A stretch of DNA of 64,000 nt from Gemmatimonadota bacterium. Its GTDB lineage: Bacteria > Gemmatimonadota > Gemmatimonadetes > Gemmatimonadales > GWC2-71-9. The number at the start of each line of letters is the position of its first letter. Positions within the stretch are counted from its first letter, which is position 1. The stretch lies in assembly GCA_016704275.1 (NCBI GenBank), contig JADJAK010000005.1, positions 235,473-299,472 of the forward strand, read 5' to 3'. Both the position numbers and the translations under genes were made by a program. The notes below the pieces were generated by a model. The model was not told the DNA's origin and searched no databases. It saw only the letters and a list, made by a program, of their open reading frames with translations. Below, piece by piece: positions 31,634 to 42,004 of the stretch.

Positions 31634-33264
31634 GCGACCTGCTGCGGGAAGCGCTTGCGCGCGTCGCGGCGGAGTTCGGCGCGCCCGACCTCGAGTACTC
31701 GCTGGAACGGCCGCGCGATCCGTCGCACGGCGACCTCTCGACCAACCTCGCGATGCAACTCGCCAAGCGCGAGCGGAGCAATCCGCGGGCGATGGCCGAC
31801 CGCGTCGTCGCGGCGCTCGCCCTGCCGACGTCCGCCGTGCAGGCCGTCGAGATCGCCGGCCCCGGCTTCATCAACTTCCGCCTCGCCGCCGACACCCTCT
31901 CGGCCGATCACGCCCGCATCCTCTCGGAAGTCGCCGGCTACGGCCGCTCGAACACCGGCGCCGGCCGCCGCGTGAATGTGGAATTCGTCTCCGCGAACCC
32001 GACCGGCCCGCTGCACGTGGGGCATGGTCGCGGCGCGGCGCTGGGCGACGGCATCGCCGCGCTGCTCGAGTGGACCGGTCACGAGGTGACCCGCGAGTTC
32101 TACATCAACGACGCCGGCGTGCAGATCGGCCGACTCGCCGAATCGCTCTGGGCGCGGGTGCAGCAGGCGGTCGGTCGCGAGGCGACCATCCCCGAGGGTG
32201 GCTACCACGGCGAGTACCTCTCGGAGAATGCCGCCACGCTGCTCGAGAAGGAGGGGCGCGCCTTTGCGGACCTCCCGACCGAGGAAGGGGTCGCCCGCTG
32301 CCGTGCCGCCGCGCTCCAGATGCAGCGCGCCGAGCAGGACGACACCCTGGCGACCTTCGGCGTCCGCTTCGACGTGACCGCCTCGGAGCAGGCGCTCTAC
32401 GATGCCGGTGCGGTCGAGGCCGGGCTGAAGCGCATTGCCGAAGCGGGGCTGTCATACGAGCAGGACGGGGCACTCTGGTTCCGCACCTCGTCGTTCGGCG
32501 ACGAGAAGGATCGCGTCCTCCGGAAGCAGGATGGGTCGTACACCTACTTCGTTCCCGACATCGCCTACCACCTCGACAAGGTCGCGCGCGGCTTCGACGC
32601 GGCGATCGACGTCTGGGGCGCCGACCACCACGGCTACATCCCGCGGATGCAGGGCGCCCTCACGGCGCTCGGCGTGCCCGCCGGCTGGCTGAGTGTGGAA
32701 GTGGTGCAGTTGGTGAAGGTCGTGCGCGGCGAGGAAGAGGTGAAGATGTCGAAGCGCTCGGGGGAGTTCGTCACCCTGCGCGACCTCTACGAGGAAGTCG
32801 GTGTCGACGCCGCGCGCTACTGGTTCCTGATGCGCCGCGGCGACTCGCACCTGGTCTTCGACATCGAGCTCGCCAAGGCGCGCACCGACGAGAACCCGGT
32901 CTTCTACGTCCAGATGGCGCACGCCCGGATGAGCGGCATCCTCCGGAACGCCGGCTTCGCCCCCGAGGCGGTGCAGGGGTCGCTGGATGTCGCGGTGCTC
33001 GAAGACGGCGACCGCGAACTCCTCAAGAAGCTCACGGCCTTCCCCGAGGCGGTCAGCCGCGCGGCGCGCGATGCGCAGCCGCACCGGGTCACGACCTATC
33101 TCGACGAGCTGGCCCGCACCACCCATGGCTGGTATCACGGCTGCCGCGTGATCGGCGAACCCGAGCCGATCATGCAGGCCCGCCTCCTCCTTGCCCGTGC
33201 CGCGCGCCAGGTGCTCGCGAACGGCCTCTCTCTCCTCGGGATCTCGGCTCCCGACCGGATGTAA
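31630..33264 (+). CDS. argS: Arginyl-tRNA synthetase
   Basis: GTG (GTGA overlap with the fmdB-like stop) within ORF 31390-33264. ..SANPTGPLHVGHGRGAALGD.. (HIGH region), ..MSKRSG.. (KMSKS), DALR anticodon-binding C-terminus. Confidence 0.9.
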   Translation: MSDLLREALARVAAEFGAPDLEYSLERPRDPSHGDLSTNLAMQLAKRERSNPRAMADRVVAALALPTSAVQAVEIAGPGFINFRLAADTLSADHARILSEVAGYGRSNTGAGRRVNVEFVSANPTGPLHVGHGRGAALGDGIAALLEWTGHEVTREFYINDAGVQIGRLAESLWARVQQAVGREATIPEGGYHGEYLSENAATLLEKEGRAFADLPTEEGVARCRAAALQMQRAEQDDTLATFGVRFDVTASEQALYDAGAVEAGLKRIAEAGLSYEQDGALWFRTSSFGDEKDRVLRKQDGSYTYFVPDIAYHLDKVARGFDAAIDVWGADHHGYIPRMQGALTALGVPAGWLSVEVVQLVKVVRGEEEVKMSKRSGEFVTLRDLYEEVGVDAARYWFLMRRGDSHLVFDIELAKARTDENPVFYVQMAHARMSGILRNAGFAPEAVQGSLDVAVLEDGDRELLKKLTAFPEAVSRAARDAQPHRVTTYLDELARTTHGWYHGCRVIGEPEPIMQARLLLARAARQVLANGLSLLGISAPDRM

Positions 33265-33268
33265 TCGG

Positions 33269-34189
33269 ATGACGCTTCTCGTCGTTGGCAGCGTGGCACT
33301 CGACTCCGTCTTCACCCCGTTCGGGGAGACGGCCGATGCCCTCGGTGGCAGTGCGGTCCACTTCGCGGTGGCCGCGTCGCTCCTCCATCCGGTGCGCGTG
33401 GTCGGCATCGTCGGCGAGGATTACCCGGTCGCCGAGCTGGAGCGCCTCGCACCGCGCGGCATCGACTGGTCGGGCGTCGAGCAGGTGCCGGGCGAGTCGT
33501 TCCGCTGGAAGGGGAAGTACTCCTACGACCTGCAGAGCCGCGAGACGCTCGAGACGCGCCTCGGCGTCTTTGCCGACTTCCGGCCGAAGCTCCCCGCCGG
33601 TGCCGAAGCCGCGAAGTACGTCTTCCTCGGCAACATCGACCCCGAGCTGCAGCTCTCCGTGCTCGACCAGGTCACCGCGCCGAAGCTCGTCGCCTGCGAC
33701 ACGATGAACTACTGGATCCAGTCGAAGCGCGACACGCTGATGCAGCTGCTGAAGCGCGTCGACATGCTGATGGTCAACGACTCCGAGGCGCGCGAGCTCT
33801 CCGGTGACTGGAACATCCACCGCGCCGGCCGCTGGATCCTCGATCGCGGTCCGAAGCGCGTGGTCATCAAGCAGGGCGAGTTCGGCGCGCTGCTGATCGA
33901 GCCGGGCCGCACCTTCCACATTCCGGCCTATCCGCTCGAGGAAGTCTTCGATCCGACCGGCGCGGGCGACGCCTTCGCGGGCGGCTTCATGGGCTACCTC
34001 GCGCGCGAGGATGCGACCGACACCGATCACCTCCGCCGCGCGATGGTGTACGGCGCGGCGATGGGGTCGTACTCGGTCTCCGGCTTCGACGTGAAGGGCT
34101 TCGAGGGCGTGTCGCCCGCGCAGCTTGAGGAGCGCGTGCGCCACTTCGTCGACCTGACCAACATCCCGCGCGCGGAGCGGGTCGGATGA
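33269..34189 (+). CDS. PfkB-family carbohydrate/nucleoside kinase
   Basis: MTLLVVGSVALD.. and C-terminal DPTGAGDAFAGGF motif. Confidence 0.75.
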   Translation: MTLLVVGSVALDSVFTPFGETADALGGSAVHFAVAASLLHPVRVVGIVGEDYPVAELERLAPRGIDWSGVEQVPGESFRWKGKYSYDLQSRETLETRLGVFADFRPKLPAGAEAAKYVFLGNIDPELQLSVLDQVTAPKLVACDTMNYWIQSKRDTLMQLLKRVDMLMVNDSEARELSGDWNIHRAGRWILDRGPKRVVIKQGEFGALLIEPGRTFHIPAYPLEEVFDPTGAGDAFAGGFMGYLAREDATDTDHLRRAMVYGAAMGSYSVSGFDVKGFEGVSPAQLEERVRHFVDLTNIPRAERVG

Positions 34190-35217
34190 CCACGCCGCAG
34201 TCGCAGTACGCCGCGGCCGGCGTCGACCTGTCGCAGGCCGAGATCGCCAAGGCGCGCATCGGCGAGCTCGTCGCCGCGACGCGCACGCCGCTCTCGGTGG
34301 GTGCGGTCGGCGCCTTCGGGGGCATGGTGCGGATCCCCGTCGGGATGCGCTCGCCCGTGCTGGTGATGAGCACCGACGGCGTCGGCACCAAGGTGCTGGT
34401 GGCGATGCAGGCCGGCCGCTTCGACACCGTCGGCGAGGATCTTGTCAACCATTCGGTGAACGACATCCTCGTGCACGGCGCGCAGCCGATCGCCTTCATG
34501 GACTACATCGCCGGGCACCGGCTGCCGGTCGAGATGATCGCCGGCGTGGTCGAGGGGATCGCCCGCGGCTGCCAGGCCCACGGGATGGCGCTCGCCGGCG
34601 GCGAGACCGCAGCGATGCCCGGCCTCTACGCCGAGAAGACCTTCGACCTCGCCGGGACGATCATCGGCGTCGTCGAGGAGGACCAGGCGATGCACGGCGC
34701 GGCGATCGTGCCGGGCGACGTGCTGATTGCCTACGAGGCGAGCGGCCTGCACACCAACGGCTACACCCTCGCACGGCGCGTGCTCCTCGACGTGATGGGG
34801 CTCGCGCTCGACGCAACGCTCCCCGGTGGCGACGTGACGGTGGCCGATGCGCTGCTGGCGGTGCATCGCAGCTACGTCGCAGCGATCAAGCCGGCGCTGC
34901 CGCAGATCCACGGACTGGCCCACATCACTGGTGGCGGCATCGCGGGCAATCTCGTCCGCGTCCTCCCCGAGGGATGCGAGGCCGTGGTCGATCCGCGGTC
35001 GTGGGAGTGGCCGCTGCTCTGCCGCGTGATCGCGAAAGGCGGCCGGGTGGATCTCGCCGAGATGCGCGACGTCTTCAATTTGGGCGTCGGGATGATCGCG
35101 GCGGTGCCTGCCGCGTCGGTCGATGCAGTGCGTCAGACGGCGACCGCCGCCGGCGTGCCGACGTGGGTGTGCGGCAGCGTCCGCGCCGGCCCGACCCGCG
35201 TCGTCTTCGCCGACTGA
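34186..35217 (+). CDS. purM: Phosphoribosylformylglycinamidine cyclo-ligase (AIR synthetase)
   Basis: ..YAAAGVDL..GAFGG..STDGVGTK..VNDILVHGAQP.. Confidence 0.9.
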   Translation: MTTPQSQYAAAGVDLSQAEIAKARIGELVAATRTPLSVGAVGAFGGMVRIPVGMRSPVLVMSTDGVGTKVLVAMQAGRFDTVGEDLVNHSVNDILVHGAQPIAFMDYIAGHRLPVEMIAGVVEGIARGCQAHGMALAGGETAAMPGLYAEKTFDLAGTIIGVVEEDQAMHGAAIVPGDVLIAYEASGLHTNGYTLARRVLLDVMGLALDATLPGGDVTVADALLAVHRSYVAAIKPALPQIHGLAHITGGGIAGNLVRVLPEGCEAVVDPRSWEWPLLCRVIAKGGRVDLAEMRDVFNLGVGMIAAVPAASVDAVRQTATAAGVPTWVCGSVRAGPTRVVFAD

Positions 35218-35230
35218 ACGGACCGTACTC

Positions 35231-36340
35231 ATGACCGCCGACGCCGTCGTGCGTCCCGCCTCGAGCCCGGATGATCGCCACTGGATGCGCCAGGCGATCG
35301 AGCTGGCCGAGCGCGGCTGGGGGCGGGTGCACCCAAACCCGCTGGTCGGCGCGCTGGTGGTGCAGGGTGATGCCGTCGTCGGCGAAGGATGGCACGCGGA
35401 GTACGGCGCGGCGCACGCCGAGGCGGTGGCGCTCGCCGAGGCAGGGGAGCGGGCACGCGGCGCCACGCTGTACGTCTCGTTGGAGCCGTGCAACCACCAC
35501 GGCAAGCAGCCGCCCTGCGTTGAGGGCATCCTCGCGGCGGGGATCGCGCGGGTCGTCATCGCCTCGCGCGATCCGAATCCGGTGGCGTCTGGTGGCCTCG
35601 AGCGGTTGCAGGCCGCCGGTGTGCGAGTCGACGTGGGCATCGAGGAAGCCGAAGAGCGCTTCCTCAATGCTCGCTTCCATCATTCGCACTCGAGCAGCGA
35701 CCGAGCGTGGGTGGCGGTGAAGCTCGCCGTCTCCATGGATGGCTGCATTGCCGATGCGGCGGGTTCGTCACGCTGGCTCTCCGGCGACGCGGCCCGTGGC
35801 TGGGTCCACCACCTGCGGGCTGGCTTCGGCGGCATCGCCGTGGGCGCGCACACCGCCATCCGCGACGATGCGCTCCTCACCGTCCGCGGGGACGTCACGC
35901 CGCGCGTGGCGCCGATGCGAGTCCTCTTCGACCGGAGCGGCACGCTGACCGGCACCGAGCGGATCTTTCACGATGCCGCCAGCGTACCCGTGTTGGTGGT
36001 CGTCGGCGCCGAGGCGGCTCCGGAACGGACGACGCGGCTGGTCGACGCCGGGGCGATGTTGCTGGCCGCGGAGACCCTCGGCGAGGCGCTCACGGCGATG
36101 CGGCTGGTGGGTGTCGATTCACTGCTGGTCGAGGGTGGGGGCCGGCTCGCTGGCGCGCTGCTTGAGGCCGACCTCGTCGACCGGATCTATCAGGTGCAGT
36201 GTCCGCTCTGGCTGGGCGATGGCATCCGCGCCTGGCAGGGGCTGGGGCAGCCGGCCATCACGACCGCCCGGCGGTGGCGCGTCAACCGTTACTCGATGTT
36301 GTCGAGCGAGGGCGATGCCCTCCTCGTGCTGGAGCCATAG
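35231..36340 (+). CDS. ribD: Bifunctional riboflavin biosynthesis protein RibD (deaminase/reductase)
   Basis: Internal ATG of ORF 35123-36340. CMP/dCMP deaminase motifs HAEAVAL and PCNHHGKQPPC. C-terminal reductase domain. Confidence 0.9.
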   Translation: MTADAVVRPASSPDDRHWMRQAIELAERGWGRVHPNPLVGALVVQGDAVVGEGWHAEYGAAHAEAVALAEAGERARGATLYVSLEPCNHHGKQPPCVEGILAAGIARVVIASRDPNPVASGGLERLQAAGVRVDVGIEEAEERFLNARFHHSHSSSDRAWVAVKLAVSMDGCIADAAGSSRWLSGDAARGWVHHLRAGFGGIAVGAHTAIRDDALLTVRGDVTPRVAPMRVLFDRSGTLTGTERIFHDAASVPVLVVVGAEAAPERTTRLVDAGAMLLAAETLGEALTAMRLVGVDSLLVEGGGRLAGALLEADLVDRIYQVQCPLWLGDGIRAWQGLGQPAITTARRWRVNRYSMLSSEGDALLVLEP

Positions 36341-36946
36341 ATGTTCACCGGATTGATCACGGCGGTGGGAGTGGTGGAGGCGGTGACCGCGCAGGACGGC
36401 GGTCGCGACCTCGTCATTCGCGCGCCGTGGGATGACGTCGTCCTCGGCGAGAGCATCGCTGTCGACGGCGCCTGCCTCACCGTGACCCGAGCTGAGCCCG
36501 GCCACTTTGCCGTACATGTCGTGGTGACCTCGCTCGACCGGACCGCAATCGGCGATTACGTCGCCGGGCGTCGTGTGAACCTCGAACGCGCCCTGCGCGT
36601 CGGCGACCGCCTCGGTGGCCATCTGGTGCAGGGGCACGTCGATGGCGTCGGCACCATCACCGCGGTGGTCCAGCGCGAGGATGCCTGGCTGATCGACGTC
36701 GCCGTCCCGCCCGTGGTCGCGAACGTGTCGATTCCACTCGGCTCGATCACGGTGGATGGCGTCTCGCTGACGGTCAACGCGATCCCCGCACCCGGCACGA
36801 TCCAGCTCTCGATCATTCCGTTTACCTTGGAGCACACCACGCTCGGCGACCGCCGACCCGGTGATCGCGTTCAGTTGGAAGGAGATACGGTGGGGAAGTA
36901 CGTCCGTGAGCTGGGTGGCGCATGGCGCAGTGGGGAGGCTGGATGA
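36341..36946 (+). CDS. ribE: Riboflavin synthase (alpha chain)
   Basis: MFTGLITAVG.. and a duplicated lumazine-binding repeat (..GESIAVDGACLTV.. / ..GSITVDGVSLTV..). Confidence 0.9.
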   Translation: MFTGLITAVGVVEAVTAQDGGRDLVIRAPWDDVVLGESIAVDGACLTVTRAEPGHFAVHVVVTSLDRTAIGDYVAGRRVNLERALRVGDRLGGHLVQGHVDGVGTITAVVQREDAWLIDVAVPPVVANVSIPLGSITVDGVSLTVNAIPAPGTIQLSIIPFTLEHTTLGDRRPGDRVQLEGDTVGKYVRELGGAWRSGEAG

Positions 36947-38154
36947 GCCCCTTTGCGCCGATCGAGCAGGCCATTGCCGACCTCAAGGCCGGCAAGCTGA
37001 TCGTGGTGGTCGACGACGAGGATCGCGAGAACGAAGGCGACTTCGTCTGCGCGGCGGAGACCATCACCCCCGAGCATATCAACTTCATGCTGCAGTACGG
37101 CCGCGGGTGGATCTGCCTGGCGCTCGATCCGGCCGACTGCGACCGACTGGCATTGACGCAGATGGTCGAGAACAACACCGAGTCGATGTCGACGGCCTTC
37201 ACGGTGACGATCGACGCGGCGCGGCGCTTCGGCGTGACCACCGGCATCTCGGCCGCCGACCGGGCCACCACGATCCGCGTGGCGATCGATCCGGCCACGC
37301 AGCCGGGTGATCTCCGCCGTCCGGGCCACATTCCGCCGCTCCGGGCTCGGCCCGGCGGCGTGCTCCAGCGTGTCGGGCACACCGAGGCGAGTGTGGACCT
37401 CGCGCGGCTCGCCGGCTTCCGTCCGGCTGGCGTGATCTGCGAGATCCTCAGCGACGACGGCACGATGTCGCGGCTGCCACAGCTGCGCGAGCTCTGCGAC
37501 GCGCATGGGCTCACGCTGGTCTCGGTCGCCGAACTGGTGGCGTACCGCCTGCGGACTGAGCAGCTCGTCGAGCGGCTTGCCGAGGCGCGGTTGCCGACGG
37601 AATCGGGGGAGTGGCGGGTCATCGGCTACCGCAATGCGGTGGATGACGCCGAGCACGTCGCGCTGGTGCATGGCGATGTCGAGGGGAAGGAGAATGTCCT
37701 GGTGCGGATGCACTCCAAGTGCCTGACCGGCGACGTCTTCCATTCGCTCCGCTGCGACTGCGGCGTGCAGCTGCACCGCGCGATGGCGAAGATCGTCGCC
37801 GAGGGGGCGGGGGTGATCGTCTACCTCGATCAGGAAGGGCGGGGAATCGGGCTGTTGAACAAGATCCGCGCCTATGCCCTGCAGGACGAGGGCGACGACA
37901 CGGTGCAGGCCAACGAACGCCTCGGCTTCAAGCCGGACCAGCGCGACTTCGGCATTGGCGCGCAGATCCTCCGCGACCTGGGCCTCTCGACGTTGCGGAT
38001 CATGACCAACAATCCCCGGAAGCTGGTCGCGCTCGACGGTTACGGGCTGGAGATCGTGGGGCGGGTTCCGCTGGTGGCGGACACGACCGACGAGAACCGC
38101 GCCTATCTCGAGACCAAGCGCGACAAGCTGGGCCATTATCTGGGAGAGAGCTGA
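36943..38154 (+). CDS. ribBA: Bifunctional 3,4-dihydroxy-2-butanone-4-phosphate synthase / GTP cyclohydrolase II
   Basis: ..VVVDDEDRENEGDF.. (DHBP synthase) and ..HSKCLTGDVFHSLRCDCG.. (GCHII zinc site). ATGA overlap with ribE. Confidence 0.9.
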   Translation: MSPFAPIEQAIADLKAGKLIVVVDDEDRENEGDFVCAAETITPEHINFMLQYGRGWICLALDPADCDRLALTQMVENNTESMSTAFTVTIDAARRFGVTTGISAADRATTIRVAIDPATQPGDLRRPGHIPPLRARPGGVLQRVGHTEASVDLARLAGFRPAGVICEILSDDGTMSRLPQLRELCDAHGLTLVSVAELVAYRLRTEQLVERLAEARLPTESGEWRVIGYRNAVDDAEHVALVHGDVEGKENVLVRMHSKCLTGDVFHSLRCDCGVQLHRAMAKIVAEGAGVIVYLDQEGRGIGLLNKIRAYALQDEGDDTVQANERLGFKPDQRDFGIGAQILRDLGLSTLRIMTNNPRKLVALDGYGLEIVGRVPLVADTTDENRAYLETKRDKLGHYLGES

Positions 38155-38633
38155 TGCCCGAATACACTGGACGCCTGCACGCGATCGGGCGGGTGGCGAT
38201 CATCGTCTCTCGCTATCACGAGCGGGTGACTTCCCGCCTGCTTGACGGGGCGCGCACGACCTGCCTCGAAGCCGGCATCGCCGACGAGGACGTCGACACC
38301 CTCTGGGTCAGTGGGGCATTCGAACTCGGGGTCACCGCGATGGCGGCGGCGCACAGTGGACGGTACTCGGCGGTCGTTGCGCTGGGCGCGGTCGTCCGGG
38401 GCGAGACGCCGCACTTCGACTTCGTCGCCGGCGAGACGGCCGCGGCGTTGTCGCGGGCGGCGACGGAGACCCTCGTGCCCGTCGGCTTCGGGCTGCTGAC
38501 CTGCGACACGATGGACGAGGCGGTTGCGCGCGCGGGTGGCGCGGCCGGCAACAAGGGGCAGGAAGCGGCCGAAGCAGCACTGCGCGCGGCAGATCTGTTG
38601 ATGCAGCTCGAACTCGAACCGGATAGCGAGTGA
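38154..38633 (+). CDS. ribH: 6,7-dimethyl-8-ribityllumazine synthase
   Basis: Internal ATG of ORF 37719-38633. ..IIVSRYHERVTSRLLDGA..VSGAFELG..GAVVRGETPHFDFV.. Confidence 0.9.
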   Translation: MPEYTGRLHAIGRVAIIVSRYHERVTSRLLDGARTTCLEAGIADEDVDTLWVSGAFELGVTAMAAAHSGRYSAVVALGAVVRGETPHFDFVAGETAAALSRAATETLVPVGFGLLTCDTMDEAVARAGGAAGNKGQEAAEAALRAADLLMQLELEPDSE

Positions 38634-39046
38634 TGCTGCGACCAGAAACGAAGCGCCGTGCCCGTGCCCTGCAACTCCTCTATGTCCTCGAGACCGTGGG
38701 CGACGGCGACCAGAACGCCGCGTCGAGCGGGCTGGCACGACTGACCGGCCCCGAGCCCGCACTGCACGAGGAAGCGGTGGCAATCGTCGAGGGCGTGATG
38801 CTGCAGCGCGACGCGATCGACAAGGTCGCCGCGCGCGCGACGGAGCATTGGCGCTTCGACCGCATCGCCTCGGTCGAGCGCAACATCCTGCGGCTGGGGA
38901 TTCATGAATTGATGCTCGGCGTGGTGCCGCCGAAGGTGGTGCTGGACGAGTCGATCTGGCTGGCCCACCGCTTCGCTGGCCCGAAGGCGCCCTCGTTCAT
39001 CAACGGGGTGCTGGACCGGGTGGCTCGCGACTTGGGTCGGTTGTAG
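38630..39046 (+). CDS. nusB: Transcription antitermination factor NusB
   Basis: ..RARALQLLY.., ..RNILRLGIHELM.., ..FINGVLDRVAR.. Canonical position downstream of ribH. Confidence 0.85.
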   Translation: MMLRPETKRRARALQLLYVLETVGDGDQNAASSGLARLTGPEPALHEEAVAIVEGVMLQRDAIDKVAARATEHWRFDRIASVERNILRLGIHELMLGVVPPKVVLDESIWLAHRFAGPKAPSFINGVLDRVARDLGRL

Positions 39047-39057
39047 GGCCATCGGCC

Positions 39058-40194
39058 GTGAACATCCTCCTCGTGAACTGGCAGGACCTGCGGAATCCGC
39101 ACGCGGGCGGGGCGGAGATCCATCTCTTCGAGCTCTTCTCGCGGTTGGCGGCGCGGGGGCATCGGGTCCGGTTGGTCTGCTCCGGCTTCGATGGCGCCGC
39201 AGCCGTGGAGACGGTGGATGGCATCGAAGTGCACCGGCATGGCGACCGGCACAGCTTCGCGCTCGTCGGCCGCGGGGCGGTGAAGCAGGCGCTGCGCACG
39301 GAACCGGCCGATGTCGTGGTCGATGATGTCAACAAGCTGCCGCTCTTCACGGCGACCCTGACCGATCTCCCCATCTACACCCTTGTCCCGCATCTCTTCG
39401 GCACCACGGCATTCCAGGAAGTGAGTTGGCCGATGGCGGCCATGGTGTGGTTGGCGGAGCGTCCGATCCCCCGGCTCTATCGTCGCGCGTGGTTCCACGC
39501 CATTTCGGACTCCACCAGGGACGACCTCGTCGCTCGCGGGGTCCCGCGCGAACGGATTGCGGTGGTCTACCCGGGCGTCGATTCGGTGCGCTTCACCCCC
39601 GCACCGTCTGGGGAACGAACTGCGCCACCGCGCTTCGTCTATGTGGGGCGGATCAAGCGCTACAAGGGGGTCGAGCTGCTGCTGCGGGCGCTGGTCGAAG
39701 CCCGGCGCCATCGGCCCGACCTCTCGCTCGATATCGCGGGGAGTGGCGACGATCGTCCGCGGCTCGAGGCCCTCGCCCAAACCCTCGGACTCGGCGACGC
39801 CGTCCGCTTCCGCGGCTTTGTCGACGAGGCCACCAAGCTGTCGCTCTTGCGGGGGGCTGTGGCGAACGTGTTTCCTTCCCCCAAGGAGGGATGGGGCATC
39901 ACCGTGATGGAGGCGGCTGCCTGCGGCACTCCATCGCTGGCCTCCGACTCGCCGGGACTCCGCGATTCGGTGCGCGATGGCATCACCGGCCTCCTGGTCC
40001 CGCACGGTGATGTGTCGGCGATGGCCACGGCGATGTGCCGACTCGCCGACGATCCGGCGTTGGTCGCCACCCTCGGCGCCGCCGCGCGTCGACACGCCGA
40101 GCAGCTGACCTGGGAGTCGGCCGCCGACCAGGTGGAGCAACACTTGCTGGATCTCGTGGCAGGGCGGGTGCCGCCGCCGTCATTCGTGGCCTGA
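39058..40194 (+). CDS. Glycosyltransferase family 4 (GT-B, GT1-like)
   Basis: N-terminal ..GGAEIH.. and C-terminal ..PSPKEGWGITVMEAAACGTPSLASD.. (EX7E-type region). Confidence 0.8.
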   Translation: MNILLVNWQDLRNPHAGGAEIHLFELFSRLAARGHRVRLVCSGFDGAAAVETVDGIEVHRHGDRHSFALVGRGAVKQALRTEPADVVVDDVNKLPLFTATLTDLPIYTLVPHLFGTTAFQEVSWPMAAMVWLAERPIPRLYRRAWFHAISDSTRDDLVARGVPRERIAVVYPGVDSVRFTPAPSGERTAPPRFVYVGRIKRYKGVELLLRALVEARRHRPDLSLDIAGSGDDRPRLEALAQTLGLGDAVRFRGFVDEATKLSLLRGAVANVFPSPKEGWGITVMEAAACGTPSLASDSPGLRDSVRDGITGLLVPHGDVSAMATAMCRLADDPALVATLGAAARRHAEQLTWESAADQVEQHLLDLVAGRVPPPSFVA

Positions 40195-40203
40195 GGGGGA
40201 ACG

Positions 40204-41160
40204 ATGCGCTTCCGTGATTTCCTGGCCGCCGGCGACACGCTCCAACTGGAGCCGCTGACGGGCGAGCTCGGCCTGGACCGCCTGGTGCCGGATGCCGAGA
40301 TCGCCTCGCCCGGCCTGGCGCTGGCAGGCTACCACGGCCGCTTCATGCCGGACCGGCTGCACGTGCTCGGCGAGACCGAGATCAGCTATCTCGCCTCCCT
40401 CACGGCCGAGGTCAGGACATCGGCGCTTGAAGGGTTCTTTCAGTACGACCTCCCGTGTGTCTTCATCACCAAGGGAATGGACCCGCCGGAGCCGATGCTC
40501 GACCTGGCCCGCGGTCGCCACGTGCCGGTCCTCCGCACGCGTCTCAAGACCGCCGAGTTCTACAAGCGCATCAAGCCGATGCTCGAAGATGCGTTTGCGC
40601 CGCGCACCACGTTGCACGGCTCGCTCTCGGACGTCTACGGGGTCGGCCTCCTCTTCGTCGGTCGGTCCGGCATCGGCAAGAGCGAATGCGTGCTCGACCT
40701 CGTCGAGCGCGGCCATCGTCTCGTCGCGGACGATGTGGTGAAGGTCACCCGGCGGGGTACCGACGTTCTCCTCGGGCAGGGCCACGAGTTGGCGGCGCAC
40801 CACATGGAGATCCGCGGCGTCGGGTTGATCGACATCCCCGCACTCTTCGGCGCGCGCTCGGTCCGGCAGCAGAAGCGGATCGAAGTGATCGTGCAGCTGG
40901 AAGACTGGGAGACGGCGCAGGGCGCCGACCGGACCGGCCTGCAGCGCGACACGCAAGTCGTGCTCGATGTGCCGATCCCGAAGGTGATCGTGCCGTTGAA
41001 CCCGGGAAAGAACATCACGGTGATCGCCGAGGTCGTGGCGATGATGCATTTGCTGCGCTACAGCGGGGTGGACGTTGCCGCCGCCTTCAATGAGCGCCTC
41101 ATCAAGAAGATGCGGGAAAAGCGCGGAGTGCGCGAATACCTGCGGGACGACTTCGAATGA
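40204..41160 (+). CDS. hprK: HPr kinase/phosphorylase (full length)
   Basis: P-loop GRSGIGKSE, ..GHRLVADD.., ..HHMEIRGVGLIDI.. 318 aa, including the N-terminal domain. Confidence 0.85.
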   Translation: MRFRDFLAAGDTLQLEPLTGELGLDRLVPDAEIASPGLALAGYHGRFMPDRLHVLGETEISYLASLTAEVRTSALEGFFQYDLPCVFITKGMDPPEPMLDLARGRHVPVLRTRLKTAEFYKRIKPMLEDAFAPRTTLHGSLSDVYGVGLLFVGRSGIGKSECVLDLVERGHRLVADDVVKVTRRGTDVLLGQGHELAAHHMEIRGVGLIDIPALFGARSVRQQKRIEVIVQLEDWETAQGADRTGLQRDTQVVLDVPIPKVIVPLNPGKNITVIAEVVAMMHLLRYSGVDVAAAFNERLIKKMREKRGVREYLRDDFE

Positions 41161-41528
41161 CCATGCTGCGGGGAGTCATCGTCGGTCACGGGCAACTCGC
41201 CCAGGCCATGTTGGGCGCGGTGGAGCAGATCGCCGGCGTCGAGACGGGGCTGGTGGCCGTGTCGAACACCGACTGCGACCGCGGCGCGCTCGAGGCACGC
41301 ATCGTCGCGGCGGTGGACGGCGGCCCGGCACTGGTCTTCATCGACATGCCGAGCGGCTCCTGCCTCTTTGCCGCGATGCGGCAGTTGCAGACGATGTCGG
41401 GGGTTCGCGTGGTCACCGGGGTCAACCTGGCGATGCTGCTGGAGTTTGTCTTCCATCGCGAAGGTGCGGTCGATGACGTGGCGGCCCATGTGGCCGAAGT
41501 CGGAGCCCGTGCGGTGGCCGCTCGCTGA
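41157..41528 (+). CDS. PTS mannose-family EIIA component
   Basis: ..GVIVGHGQLAQAML.. (active-site His region). 123 aa. Confidence 0.75.
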   Translation: MTMLRGVIVGHGQLAQAMLGAVEQIAGVETGLVAVSNTDCDRGALEARIVAAVDGGPALVFIDMPSGSCLFAAMRQLQTMSGVRVVTGVNLAMLLEFVFHREGAVDDVAAHVAEVGARAVAAR

Positions 41529-42004
41529 TGGCGCTGGTCCTGCTCCGCGTCGATGACCGCCTGGTGCATGGGCAGGTCGTGATCGGCTGGGGCCGACCGC
41601 TCGCCGCGCGCTTCATCGTGCTGGTCGACAACGGCGTCCGGGCCAGCACCTGGGAGCAGGACCTCTACCGCATGGCCGTCCCGGAAGGGGTCGAGATCAT
41701 CTTTGCGAGCACCGCCGAGGCCACCGCCTCCCTCGCGGGTTGGGCCGCGGACCCGCGCGCCGGCATCCTGCTGACGGGCGACCTCACGACGATGGCGGCG
41801 CTGCACGACGCCGAACCGGTCGTCGCCCATCGCATCAACCTCGGCGGCATTCATCATCGCGCCGATCGCGCCGAGCGGCTGCGTTACCTCTATCTCGACG
41901 ACGCCGACACGGCGATCCTCAAACGGCTCGCCAGCGATGGCGCGGCCATCACGGCGCAGGATCTGCCGACCTCGCCACCGGTCCCGTTGGCGGACTTCCT
42001 GTGA
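41528..42004 (+). CDS. PTS mannose/sorbose-family EIIB component
   Basis: LLRVDDRLVHGQVV (phospho-His motif). 158 aa. Confidence 0.8.
   Translation: MALVLLRVDDRLVHGQVVIGWGRPLAARFIVLVDNGVRASTWEQDLYRMAVPEGVEIIFASTAEATASLAGWAADPRAGILLTGDLTTMAALHDAEPVVAHRINLGGIHHRADRAERLRYLYLDDADTAILKRLASDGAAITAQDLPTSPPVPLADFL

Noticed and set aside
35218-35230. Expected FMN riboswitch upstream of the ribD operon.
   Set aside because: Only 13 nt separate the purM stop from the ribD ATG, so there is no room for the roughly 140-nt aptamer.
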